A DNA stretch of 64,000 nucleotides, from NCBI GenBank assembly GCA_001447805.1, contig CP013100.1, forward strand, positions 42,767 through 106,766, in the 5' to 3' direction. Below the pieces are notes generated by a model, which was given only the letters and a program-made list of their open reading frames with translations, was not told the DNA's origin and did not search any database. Positions within the stretch are counted from its first letter, which is position 1; the number at the start of each line of letters is the position of its first letter. The DNA comes from Candidatus Tenderia electrophaga (GTDB lineage Bacteria; Pseudomonadota; Gammaproteobacteria; Tenderiales; Tenderiaceae). Below, one piece after another: positions 45,871 to 59,378 of the stretch. The position numbers and the translations under genes were made by a program.

Positions 45871-46371
45871 ATGTCGATGAAAGCATCAAGATTCAATAAT
45901 ATTGCGTCGACCCATCAGAGGGGCTTCACGCTCGTCGAGCTGTTGATCACTCTGACCATTGCTGCCATATTGATTTCTCTCGCATCTCCCAGCTTTTCAT
46001 CAATGATCAAAAACAATCGTATTGCTTCACAGGCCGACGAGCTAATTCTCAGCCTCAACTACGCCCGTAGCGAAGCGATAAGTCGCGGTGAAAGTGTCAG
46101 CCTTAATAGTGGCTCGGTCAACTGGCACGAGGGGTGGACCGTTGATACGGGCGACGGTACCACGATCCGTAACTACGCCGCTTTGGAAGGAAGTACCACC
46201 CTCGTGGGGTCTGCTAGTACCTTAGAATACCGAGGTAACGGCTTTTTTGCAGGCGATGGCGCCATCACATTTACCCTTTGTGACGACCGCGAGAATTCAA
46301 CTGGAAGAGCCATATCTGTATCTCTGACAGGCCGAGTAGAAAATAACAATATGCTCTGCAATCCGGCGTAA
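45871..46371 (+). CDS. GspH/FimT-family minor pseudopilin (orphan)
   Basis: Prepilin-type N-terminal motif QRGFTLVELLITLTIAAIL followed by ...ELILSLNYARSEAISRG. Confidence 0.75.
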   Translation: MSMKASRFNNIASTHQRGFTLVELLITLTIAAILISLASPSFSSMIKNNRIASQADELILSLNYARSEAISRGESVSLNSGSVNWHEGWTVDTGDGTTIRNYAALEGSTTLVGSASTLEYRGNGFFAGDGAITFTLCDDRENSTGRAISVSLTGRVENNNMLCNPA

Positions 46372-46473
46372 CTGATAGATCAGGCCTTCACCTACTGCAC
46401 GTTATCTAATTGCCACTTGGCCATGAGCAGGGTGAGACATTCCCAGGTCGTCATATAACGCTCGGATAGCCTT

Positions 46474-46698
46474 ATGTCAAAAAACATTATTGTGATCGTG
46501 ATAGGACTGCTATCAATCTTGTATTTATTCAATCCAGGCGCCGGTGTGTTTGAACTTATTCCTGACAACATTCCAGGTATCGGCAATCTTGATGAGGCGA
46601 CGGCAGTGGTACTTTTGATTGCCTGTTTCAGATACTTTGGTATCGATATCAGCAATCTATTCAGGCGTAAGGATCAGAAAGGCATAAATAAAGAGTAG
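46474..46698 (+). CDS. DUF1232/YkvA-like small membrane protein
   Basis: LIPDNIPGIGNLDEATAVVLLI signature. Confidence 0.6.
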   Translation: MSKNIIVIVIGLLSILYLFNPGAGVFELIPDNIPGIGNLDEATAVVLLIACFRYFGIDISNLFRRKDQKGINKE

Positions 46699-46868
46699 CC
46701 AGTAACACTACCTCCCATTTCTACTCGATCCCTAGTTACCTTGAGAAAGACGGGTTTGGCAAGCACCTGATCGCTGAAGCCAAACGACCTGATGTCCGCC
46801 AAGGGCTCACCGATTTCCTGAATGGTGAGAAACGCCTTATCGGTAGTGGAGTATTTCGGGATAACGCG

Positions 46869-48200
46869 AAAATATTTTTCGCACATTTGAGACGGCGGTG
46901 GTTCATGTGGTTAAGTTGGAATTGCGACATTTCAACAACCACAAAGAGGAACCACCACCATGAGCAACAATAGCAAAAAACTGGGCAAGGTTGTGAGCAT
47001 TGACGAGGCCAAGATTCACGACCATCTTGGCGAGCTGGTCCGGGGCACCGTGGAAGAGACCCTCAATGCCATGCTCGATGCCGAGGCAGATGCTTTGTGT
47101 GGCGCGCAGCGCTATGAACGCAGCCCGGACCGGGTCGATACCCGCGCCGGCAGTTACGAACGCCAATTCCATACCAAGGCCGGCGAGGTGACGCTGAAGA
47201 TGCCCAAACTACGCAAACAGACCTTCGAGACCGCGATCATCGAGCGTTACCGGCGCCGCGAGGCCTCCATCGAGGAGTCGCTGATCGAGATGTACCTGGC
47301 CGGCGTCTCGGTGCGCCGGGTCGAGGACATCACCGAGGCCCTGTGGGGCACCCGGGTCTCGCCTGGCACCGTCAGCAAGCTCAACCAAAAGGTCTACCAA
47401 CACATCGAGGCCTGGCGCAATCGCCCGATCGAAGGCGACTATCCCTACGTCTATCTCGACGGCATTGTCCTCAAGCGCAGCTGGGCCGGCGAGATCAAAA
47501 ACGTCTCGGTGCTGGTCGCCGTGGGCGTGGACCAGGACGGCTATCGCCGTATTCTTGGCGTGGCCGAAGGTCAGAAAGAGGACAAGGCCGGCTGGAGCAG
47601 CTTCCTGGCCTACCTCAAGCAACGCGGCCTGAAGGGCGTCAAACTGGTCATCTCCGACGCCTGTCTGGGCCTCGTGGAGTCGGTGACGGACCATTATCCC
47701 GAGGCCGACTGGCAGCGCTGCACCGTACACTTCTACCGCAACGTCTTCAGCCACGTGCCCAACACCAAGGTCAAGCAAGTCGCCTACATGCTCAAGGCTA
47801 TCCACGCCCAGGAAAGCCTGGTGGCGGCCCAGCAGAAGGCCGAGGCAGTGATTGACAGGCTACGGCAGATGAAACTGCCAAAGGCCGCTGATCTGGTGAA
47901 AGAATCGATTGCCGAGACACTGACCTACTACCAATACCCCGACACCCATTGGCGGCGGATACGCACCAACAACCCCTTGGAGCGAATCATGCGCGAGATC
48001 CGCCGGCGCACCCGGGTGGTCGGCGCCTTCCCCGATGGCCAATCCGCACTGATGCTTTGCGCCGCCCGGCTCAGGCACATCGCGGGCACCAAATGGGGCA
48101 CTAAACGCTACCTCTCCATGGAGGCATTGCACAAGCAACATCTGGAAGAACAACTGACCGCATGAACAGCCGCCAGATCAAAAAGTGCGAAAGATTCTTT
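46869..48200 (+). mobile_element. IS256-family insertion sequence (about 1.33 kb)
   Basis: Imperfect terminal IRs: AAAATATTTTTCGCACATTTGAGACGGCGGTGGTTCATG on the left versus the complement of CATGAACAGCCGCCAGATCAAAAAGTGCGAAAGATTCTTT on the right. A single transposase gene. No flanking target duplication is visible. Confidence 0.8.
46960..48165 (+). CDS. IS256-family transposase
   Basis: ...EETLNAMLDAEADALCGAQRYERSPDRVDTRAGSYER... and ...IEMYLAGVSVRRVEDI... are characteristic of the family. Confidence 0.95.
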   Translation: MSNNSKKLGKVVSIDEAKIHDHLGELVRGTVEETLNAMLDAEADALCGAQRYERSPDRVDTRAGSYERQFHTKAGEVTLKMPKLRKQTFETAIIERYRRREASIEESLIEMYLAGVSVRRVEDITEALWGTRVSPGTVSKLNQKVYQHIEAWRNRPIEGDYPYVYLDGIVLKRSWAGEIKNVSVLVAVGVDQDGYRRILGVAEGQKEDKAGWSSFLAYLKQRGLKGVKLVISDACLGLVESVTDHYPEADWQRCTVHFYRNVFSHVPNTKVKQVAYMLKAIHAQESLVAAQQKAEAVIDRLRQMKLPKAADLVKESIAETLTYYQYPDTHWRRIRTNNPLERIMREIRRRTRVVGAFPDGQSALMLCAARLRHIAGTKWGTKRYLSMEALHKQHLEEQLTA

Positions 48201-48726
48201 ACACTACCAATCATAATGAAAGTGGTCGTTAACGCATGGGCTCTGCGGCCGATTTGGAGGCGCACCGCGTCGGAAAAGCGATCCACTGCAGCCCCTGGTT
48301 AGGCTTTATTTGGACTCTTCCAGATCGCAGCTCGAATTACCATCTAGAGCCCACTGTTTGATTAATGGAAGATTTTTCTCCTAAACATAGGCGTTAACAT
48401 TTGCTTGTGCCTCAGAGACTGCCGCAACATCCATATGCATATAATAACGTTGCATATCTGCATTAGACATCATGAATGTTATCTCCCCTTCCTTGAGCTC
48501 ATTATATAACTCACTATTTATATGGTAACTAGCAAAAACACCTGCCCATCCCTCACCGACACATTCATGCATTTTGTCGAGAAGGTTCTTGTATACGCGC
48601 TGATAATTGTTTTCGACTTTAAACTCTATTTAAGCAGATGAATTATTTTTTAAATCTCTCACATTACTCGCGGCACAAGACACAAGAACAAAACAAGCAA
48701 AAATAAAGACTTGCAATTGAAGTAAC

Positions 48727-49173
48727 TTGCTGATTAAACTGCCGCCCATGGATTTTTTTCGCAGACAAAACAAAAAAACATTGCTATGGCTGACCCTGCT
48801 GTTCGCCGTAGCGCTGCTGTCTGTCCAATCTATCGGGCTGCATGTCCACGAGCTGGATCACGGCTCTGATCATCAGAACTATATCCACGCAGCCGATACG
48901 GTTGCCGATGACCACACCCATCTCACCAAAGTCCATTCGGCTCATGATTCAACTCACAGCGAACACCATGACGATGTGTCTGAAATCGACATCAGTCCCG
49001 ACGGCTTTCTGAAAAATCTCACCACCGTTTTTGCTATTGCATTAGTTGTCTATCTTTTAGCCGTCGTAATGTTTTCTGTATCGCGGCTCATGGTTTTCCG
49101 CCAACGGCAAAACTATCCCCTTTATAAATATTTCGTTCTCTCTCCGCCCTTACGGGCACCACCACTCCACTAA
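48727..49173 (+). CDS. His-rich membrane protein upstream of czc (possible CzcI-like metal-binding/regulatory protein)
   Basis: N-terminal TM, an HVHELDHGSDHQNYIH...DDHTHLTKVHSAHDSTHSEHHDD stretch, and a C-terminal TM. Confidence 0.45.
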   Translation: MLIKLPPMDFFRRQNKKTLLWLTLLFAVALLSVQSIGLHVHELDHGSDHQNYIHAADTVADDHTHLTKVHSAHDSTHSEHHDDVSEIDISPDGFLKNLTTVFAIALVVYLLAVVMFSVSRLMVFRQRQNYPLYKYFVLSPPLRAPPLH

Positions 49174-49369
49174 AAACATCCCGGCTAATCCTGATTAGCT
49201 TCGCTTCCTGCACTATGCGCAGGTTGATCGTGCCTGTCGATTTTTTGTTGGCCGGCATCCGTTAAGAAATTTCACTCTGAAGAATTTTTCCTAAGCGGTT
49301 TTAGGACGAATTTTCGGGGGTTCTCCCTGGACAGGGGGTTGCGCCTTGGGCGCAGACAAGGAGTTTGTA

Positions 49370-50661
49370 ATGTGGAAACCCTTTAATCTGCCAATGCATA
49401 TTGGCAAGCGAGCGGCTGCGTTCGGTTTGTTGATACTAAGCACTGCTGTCGCTTCAGCATCCAACGGTGGTGCAGATACACGCACTATCAGTTTGCGCGA
49501 AGCGGTGAACAAAACGCTTTCAAACAGTCCTGAGTTACAGGCCTTTGATTACCGGCTCAAGGCTCAGGAAGGCCAGCTGCAACAAGCAGGTCGAGCGCCC
49601 AGCCCCGAATTGAGTATCGAGTTGGAGGATGCCGTCGGCTCCGGCAACTACACAGGCCTGGATAGCGCCCAGGCAACGGTCAGTATTGGCTGGGTGCTGG
49701 AACGCGGTGTCCGTCAACGCTATATCGATGCGGCGCGGGCCGGATCGGATCTGGTCGCCGTCGAGGCGGATATCAAACGACTCGATGCCGCCGCCGAAAC
49801 AGCGCGCCGTTATCTAGTCAGCCTCGGTTTTCAGGCGCGGATGGTGAATGTGGATAAAACCGTGCAGCTGGCGCGAGAGACCATTGAAGCCGTGGCAAGA
49901 CGGGTCAAGGCGGGCAAAACCCCTGAGGCGGAACTCTTGCGAGCGCAGGCCGAACTGGCGCGTAGAAAACTTGAGCGTGAGGATCTGGAGCATGAACTGC
50001 TCTCCGCGAATCGGCAATTGGCCGCCCAATGGGGCGCGACAACACTGGATTTCGCGCGGGTCGAGGGCGACATCCTAACGCTTCCCCAACTGGCATCGTT
50101 GGACACACTGCAATCACAGCTGCAACAGAATCCGGTATTTGCCCGGTTGTTGTCGGAACAGCGGCTAAAAAAGGCGGAACTGGATCTTGCCTTGGCGCAA
50201 GAAAAACCAAGCTGGCGGGTCAGCGCAGGCCTGCGCCACTATCAAAGCACGGATGATCAGGCCTTGGTGGCCGGTATCACCATCCCCTTTGGCGAGGGCA
50301 CTCGAAATCCAGGCAGAGTTGCGGAAGTTCGGGCGAATCTGGCGCAAATTGATCTGCAACAGACTGTAACACGCGTGCGTGCTGAAACGGCCCTCTTCGT
50401 ACTCTATGAGAAGTTAGAACACAGCGTGCATGTGATCGAAACCGTGCGCAGTGACATCCTTCCACCGCTTGAGCAAGCCCTGACTGAGACCCGCCGTGCC
50501 TATAACCTCGGACGCTACAGCTACCTGGAACTGCGCAGCGTTCAGGCTGAACTGCTGGATGCCCAAGAGGCGTTGATCGAAGCCAGCATCGCCGCTCACC
50601 AGGACATTATCGAAATCGAACGACTCACCGGTATGCGCATCGCGCAACCCACCCAAGAATA

Positions 50662-50662
<1 letters not shown>
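49370..50662 (+). CDS. czcC: Outer-membrane factor CzcC (TolC family)
   Basis: Signal peptide, two-repeat OMF architecture, SD AAGGAG before ATG 49370. First gene of the C-B-A order. Confidence 0.8.
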
Positions 50663-55546
<4,884 letters not shown>

Positions 55547-55607
55547 GCGGAAGATCATTACTTTTATCGATAATTATTTGTATCTACCACTACACAAGGA
55601 GAACGAC

Positions 55608-56045
55608 GTGTTAAAAAAAATCATATTTACATTAGGTTTTACCGTAGCAACCGGTATTTTGGTTTCAGGCTGCGCCACCAACAGCGCGGCTAAACAAGCT
55701 CAAATATCAATTGAGCGAGTCGATTCTTCAAGCGTTAATATCACTCACGCCTACCTCACAAAAACTGAGAAAGGTTTAAACCTTCGCGGTGAGCTGAAAC
55801 GCAAACAGCACAGTCACGGACAAGTGCTTGGTCACGTTCACGTTGAAGTTGTGAATGCAAATGGGGATATCATTAAAACTGTTGAGCTTGACCCCAGCAG
55901 AAAAGCGAGTAGCGATCATATCGCGAAATTTCACACAACATTACCGAATGACGCTACGGGTAACACAGTAAAAATTATTCATCACGATGCTTTATCCCAT
56001 AAGCAGGAGAGCAAGGTAAATGTTTGGCAGGATGCTAACAACTAA
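55608..56045 (+). CDS. Lipoprotein (about 145 aa)
   Basis: GTG 55608 with SD AAGGAG. Lipobox LVSGC. Confidence 0.55.
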   Translation: MLKKIIFTLGFTVATGILVSGCATNSAAKQAQISIERVDSSSVNITHAYLTKTEKGLNLRGELKRKQHSHGQVLGHVHVEVVNANGDIIKTVELDPSRKASSDHIAKFHTTLPNDATGNTVKIIHHDALSHKQESKVNVWQDANN

Positions 56046-56060
56046 GGATTAGATATACTC

Positions 56061-56103
56061 AAGTGTTGGGATGTTGAAAGGGATTATCTGCATCCCAACA
56101 CTT
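56061..56103 (+). terminator. Stem-loop terminator after the czc-associated genes
   Basis: AAGTGTTGGGATG, 17-nt loop, CATCCCAACACTT, followed by a weak T-tract. Confidence 0.45.
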
Positions 56104-56436
56104 AACTTCTTTTGATATTGCTAACAATTCTCTTCAATGGATTTGGATAAGGCCAAGATGCTTTAACTTACAATGGCCGCTCTCTCTATAGCGGACATTT
56201 AAACTATCGCCTGTCAAAGGGAGTAACGGGCGCGTTGCTTAAAATCACACACATTTTCTGTAATTCCGCTTTGTCTATACAGCGGCCGTTTTGCGGTGTC
56301 GGGCCGATAGGCAGATGCTTGTCAGGTTCTAGTTACTTATAACCTGTATCTGTCAACGACGGATGACCCCACATTGTGGTAGCGCTAGGTGTGTGTACTA
56401 TATGCCTACAAATGGTTCGTAGGAAGTGTCAGGTGT

Positions 56437-57546
56437 TTAGTCCGCCCCACCGTCTCGAGTGAGATACCGTTTCAAACCGGGCTTTTCGATATGATATTCG
56501 CCCTTGCGAGTCTGGCTGATCAGGTTCGCTTCCGAGAGTCGTTTTATCGATCGCTGGATGTTAGGCGCCACACCTTTGACGTCGGTCTCACGGTCGATTC
56601 TCGCCATTAGCTCCCTTGAGAATGGGTTCTTGCCGTCACAAAGGGCTAAAAAGACAATGCGATCGACCGGCCGCACCTTCTTGGCGAGGGTGGCAAAGCC
56701 CTCGGCGGCCTCCATCAATTGAAGGATGTACTCTTCTGCCTTGGGCAGGGTTTGTTTGAAGGTCACCATATGGGCGATTATCTTCATCATCCAGTAGGGT
56801 GAATGATCCAGGCGTTCGAAAGCCTTCTTGAGGGCTTGGTGGCCTGCATCAATACCGTGCTCTTCCGAAAGCTTGGAGCTCAAGAAGGCGATGAATTCGT
56901 CATCCAGGTCTGGGAAAGGAACTGTCTCAACGAAGTGATAGAACGGCGACTGCGACTCATTGAACAAGAGATTCATGTAATGCCGGGACGATCCGGTAAA
57001 GATCGATTTCACCCGCCCCTGGCGCTTGTCGAGCATGGTCCTGAGGGTGTGGGTGAGCGGATCGAAGACTTTTGATGTGGACAGATGCTGGACTTCATCG
57101 ATCAGCAGCAGTACGGTCTTTTTGCCGGCCTTCTTCTCTAGCTCGCCGAGAAGCTGTTCCAGGTAGGCCAGTTCCTTGTTGTTGGCCTTGGCGGGTGCGT
57201 TGGCGAATTCCACTTCCATTTTGCCCAGCAGCTCGTTGCTGACGGTGGTTTTCTTGATCTTGGCGTTCAGCAGGCGCCTGAGGGTTGCCCGCTTATCGAT
57301 AGTCTGTACCGCCTCTTCCAGGGCCAGGATGAGTCCTTCATGAGGTGCATTTATGTTCTGCCATAGACTGGCATAAACCGGGAGGTAGTTGCGTTTTTGG
57401 GCCAGTGGGGCCAGATCCTGAAGCACAAACAAGGTCTTCCCCTTGCGGCGCGGGGCAATGATGGCCAGGCTGGATGAAATCCCGAGTTCCAGCAGGTTAA
57501 GATAGTGATCGGCAAGTTCGGGCCTGGGGAAATGCCATTCGTCCAT
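56437..57546 (-). CDS. AAA-type ATP-binding protein (Arch_ATPase/DUF234-like) with a C-terminal wHTH
   Basis: Walker A IIAPRRKGKTLFVL and Walker B VLLLIDEVQHL. Confidence 0.65.
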   Translation of the reverse strand: MDEWHFPRPELADHYLNLLELGISSSLAIIAPRRKGKTLFVLQDLAPLAQKRNYLPVYASLWQNINAPHEGLILALEEAVQTIDKRATLRRLLNAKIKKTTVSNELLGKMEVEFANAPAKANNKELAYLEQLLGELEKKAGKKTVLLLIDEVQHLSTSKVFDPLTHTLRTMLDKRQGRVKSIFTGSSRHYMNLLFNESQSPFYHFVETVPFPDLDDEFIAFLSSKLSEEHGIDAGHQALKKAFERLDHSPYWMMKIIAHMVTFKQTLPKAEEYILQLMEAAEGFATLAKKVRPVDRIVFLALCDGKNPFSRELMARIDRETDVKGVAPNIQRSIKRLSEANLISQTRKGEYHIEKPGLKRYLTRDGGAD

Positions 57547-57610
57547 AATTATGCGTCTTTATGCCTAATATGCATAATTATGCATTATATAGGATATTAG
57601 GCATAATTCA
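57546..57610. promoter_or_regulatory. AT-rich repeat/palindrome cluster upstream of the ATPase gene
   Basis: ATAATTATGC appears in two full copies and one partial copy, including the 12-bp palindrome GCATAATTATGC. Flanking inverted repeat TGCCTAATAT/ATATTAGGCA. Confidence 0.45.
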
Positions 57611-57922
57611 AATGACGGCACAGTTCTATCGCCTCAGGCATTCTCGTCCATTGCGCCTGAAAACGGGCGCTTCGCGCAAGGCCCTGCAATGTGCCGGATG
57701 AGGACAGCGCTCGCGCAATCAGTTCCAGCTTGGCAAGCGCCTAATCGCTGAGGCCAAACGAGCTGATGTCCGGATTATTCACCAAGTACCCATTTGATTT
57801 TCCCAATGGTCCTCGCCGGCAAGCCCTCCGGGCCGGGCTACTCCAGGTTCGCTAAACGCTCATCCCTGCAGGACGGGCCTTTCATGTCCCTATTGTCTGA
57901 CGCGTTCCGCTTGTTTGGAAAA

Positions 57923-58181
57923 GGCGCCAACAGAAGCTGTCGCTACTGTTGGGAGCTGTGTTATGGGCCCGGTCGACAGATGCGGCTGCAACTGCCGCCA
58001 GGCCGGTAGATCCGGCTAGGGGCGTTGCCCCACGCGCGGGTCAAGGGGTATCCCCAGCCTTCCGCTGGCCTCCCTTCGGTCGTCCCTTGTGCAGCCCGGG
58101 TGATTCCCCTCCCCTTGCCCCTTGCTACCCCCACGCTTCGCCAGCGGTGCAGGAGCGCCGGCGCCATGCGCTGCCGCTCAA
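57923..58181 (+). repeat. Conserved ~260-nt structured non-coding element, copy 1 (ends 27 nt before the ATG at 58208)
   Basis: Aligns along its full length with 62241-62500. Contains hairpins CCAACAG..CTGTTGG, GGGGCgttGCCCC and GGGGtatCCCC, a C/T-rich tract and a GC palindrome. See findings. Confidence 0.7.
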
Positions 58182-58207
58182 TTTCAAACCACTTAGGAGA
58201 AGCGAAT

Positions 58208-58807
58208 ATGACGATCTACGAACGTATCTACAAGAACCTGGACAAGCTTGGCGTGATGCAGGTGCTGGCTTCGGGCCGGCGCTCGGCCCGCTCCGAGGTC
58301 TCCGGCGTCATGAACTTGCATCTGGATGTCGTCCTGGAGGAATCATCAGGTGTGGTGCGCATTGCCTTGGCGCACTATTTTCGGCAAAGCGGGGATTTGT
58401 GTTGTGACCCGGACATGACGATTCGGATAGACCAACAGCACAAGGTGGCCGAGGCGTTGACCTTCCAGCAGGCGATGCCGCCCGTTTACCAGGAAGTGTA
58501 CCCGGAGCCTGGGCTGGTGCGTCCTAAGTTGAAGAAGGATCTCAATGCCTTTCTCGATCAGTGGCTGAAAAATTGCCTGAGCCAGGGCCATTCGTTCGCG
58601 ACCAAGGTCGTGAGCCGGGCACAGGCCCTGACGCTGGTCTGGCGTAAAACCCATCGAGATTACAAGGCCAAGCGCGAGGACGGCCGGAAGTGGATCATGG
58701 TGTTGCGCCAGGGAGGTTCCACGCTGGTGCCCTTGGATCAGCTCAGCGATGGGGAGATCAAGGATCGATTGCCCCCTGGGGTTGAGCTGGACACTGCCGC
58801 TGATTAA
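58208..58807 (+). CDS. Hypothetical protein (199 aa)
   Basis: ATG with SD AGGAGA. The track ORF (58025-) extends in frame through the repeat element, but that extension is Pro/Arg-rich and non-coding-like. Confidence 0.6.
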   Translation: MTIYERIYKNLDKLGVMQVLASGRRSARSEVSGVMNLHLDVVLEESSGVVRIALAHYFRQSGDLCCDPDMTIRIDQQHKVAEALTFQQAMPPVYQEVYPEPGLVRPKLKKDLNAFLDQWLKNCLSQGHSFATKVVSRAQALTLVWRKTHRDYKAKREDGRKWIMVLRQGGSTLVPLDQLSDGEIKDRLPPGVELDTAAD

Positions 58808-58982
58808 GGCGAGCGGCGCCAGGTCCGAACGGGGAGCATCGCTCCCCGTGGACACGGCGGCCCCAGCTGGGGCTGTCGAGGGCCGGGATGCCCTGAAGGA
58901 TGGCCCAATAGAGCCTAGAGGGCTGATTGGACATAACTCCCATATGGGACTAATATTATCATATGGTATTATTGATGGAGGT

Positions 58983-59378
58983 ATGGCCATGCGACACCAG
59001 CCCATGACCGCACCGGCGAATGTGGGCCCCGCCGCATTACGCACGTTTTTCAATATCCTTGAGCGATGGGGCTTGGGCCCCAGGGAAGGGCAAACGCTGC
59101 TCGGCACCACAAGCAGCACCTATTTTCGCTGGCAGAAGGATCCCGAAAAGGCCCACGTCGACGCCGATAAGCTGGAGCGGATCTCTTACATCTTCGGGAT
59201 CTACAAGGCGCTGCACCTGATCTACAGCGATGATGCTGTCGCTGATGGCTGGATCCGGCGGGCCAATATGAATCCGTTGTTTTCCGGGCACCCGCCCCTG
59301 GAACGGCTGCTGGCGGGGCATGTCGCCGACCTGTATGTCACGCGCCAACACCTGGATGCGCGTCGGGGTGTGATTTGA
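58983..59378 (+). CDS. Xre/MbcA/ParS-type antitoxin (DUF2384)
   Basis: ...TYFRWQKDPEKAHVDADKLERISYIFGIYKAL...WIRRANMNPLFSGHPPLERLL... SD GGAGG upstream. Overlaps the RES gene. Confidence 0.8.
   Translation: MAMRHQPMTAPANVGPAALRTFFNILERWGLGPREGQTLLGTTSSTYFRWQKDPEKAHVDADKLERISYIFGIYKALHLIYSDDAVADGWIRRANMNPLFSGHPPLERLLAGHVADLYVTRQHLDARRGVI

Noticed and set aside
45866-45875. GGTTATGTCG upstream of the FimT-like gene as the R' box of an attC closing a vapBC cassette
   Set aside because: No R'' (xxTAAC) partner and no L''/L' stem can be found in the 100 bp upstream (45763-45865), so it does not qualify as an attC. It may be a remnant or a coincidence.
48381-48640. Possible ~80-aa minus-strand protein (the track shows 63 aa from an internal Met)
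   Set aside because: The frame is open upstream but has no start codon. It is an isolated fragment between IS256 and czc and is probably a gene remnant.
58025-58207. N-terminal extension of the 58025-58807 ORF through the conserved element (and the 91-aa ORF 62242-62517 in copy 2)
   Set aside because: In copy 2 the same sequence is out of frame with, and separated by a stop from, the downstream gene. The peptides are Pro/Arg-rich. A good SD-ATG lies just downstream in both copies. A tiny conserved peptide cannot be fully excluded without homolog alignments.
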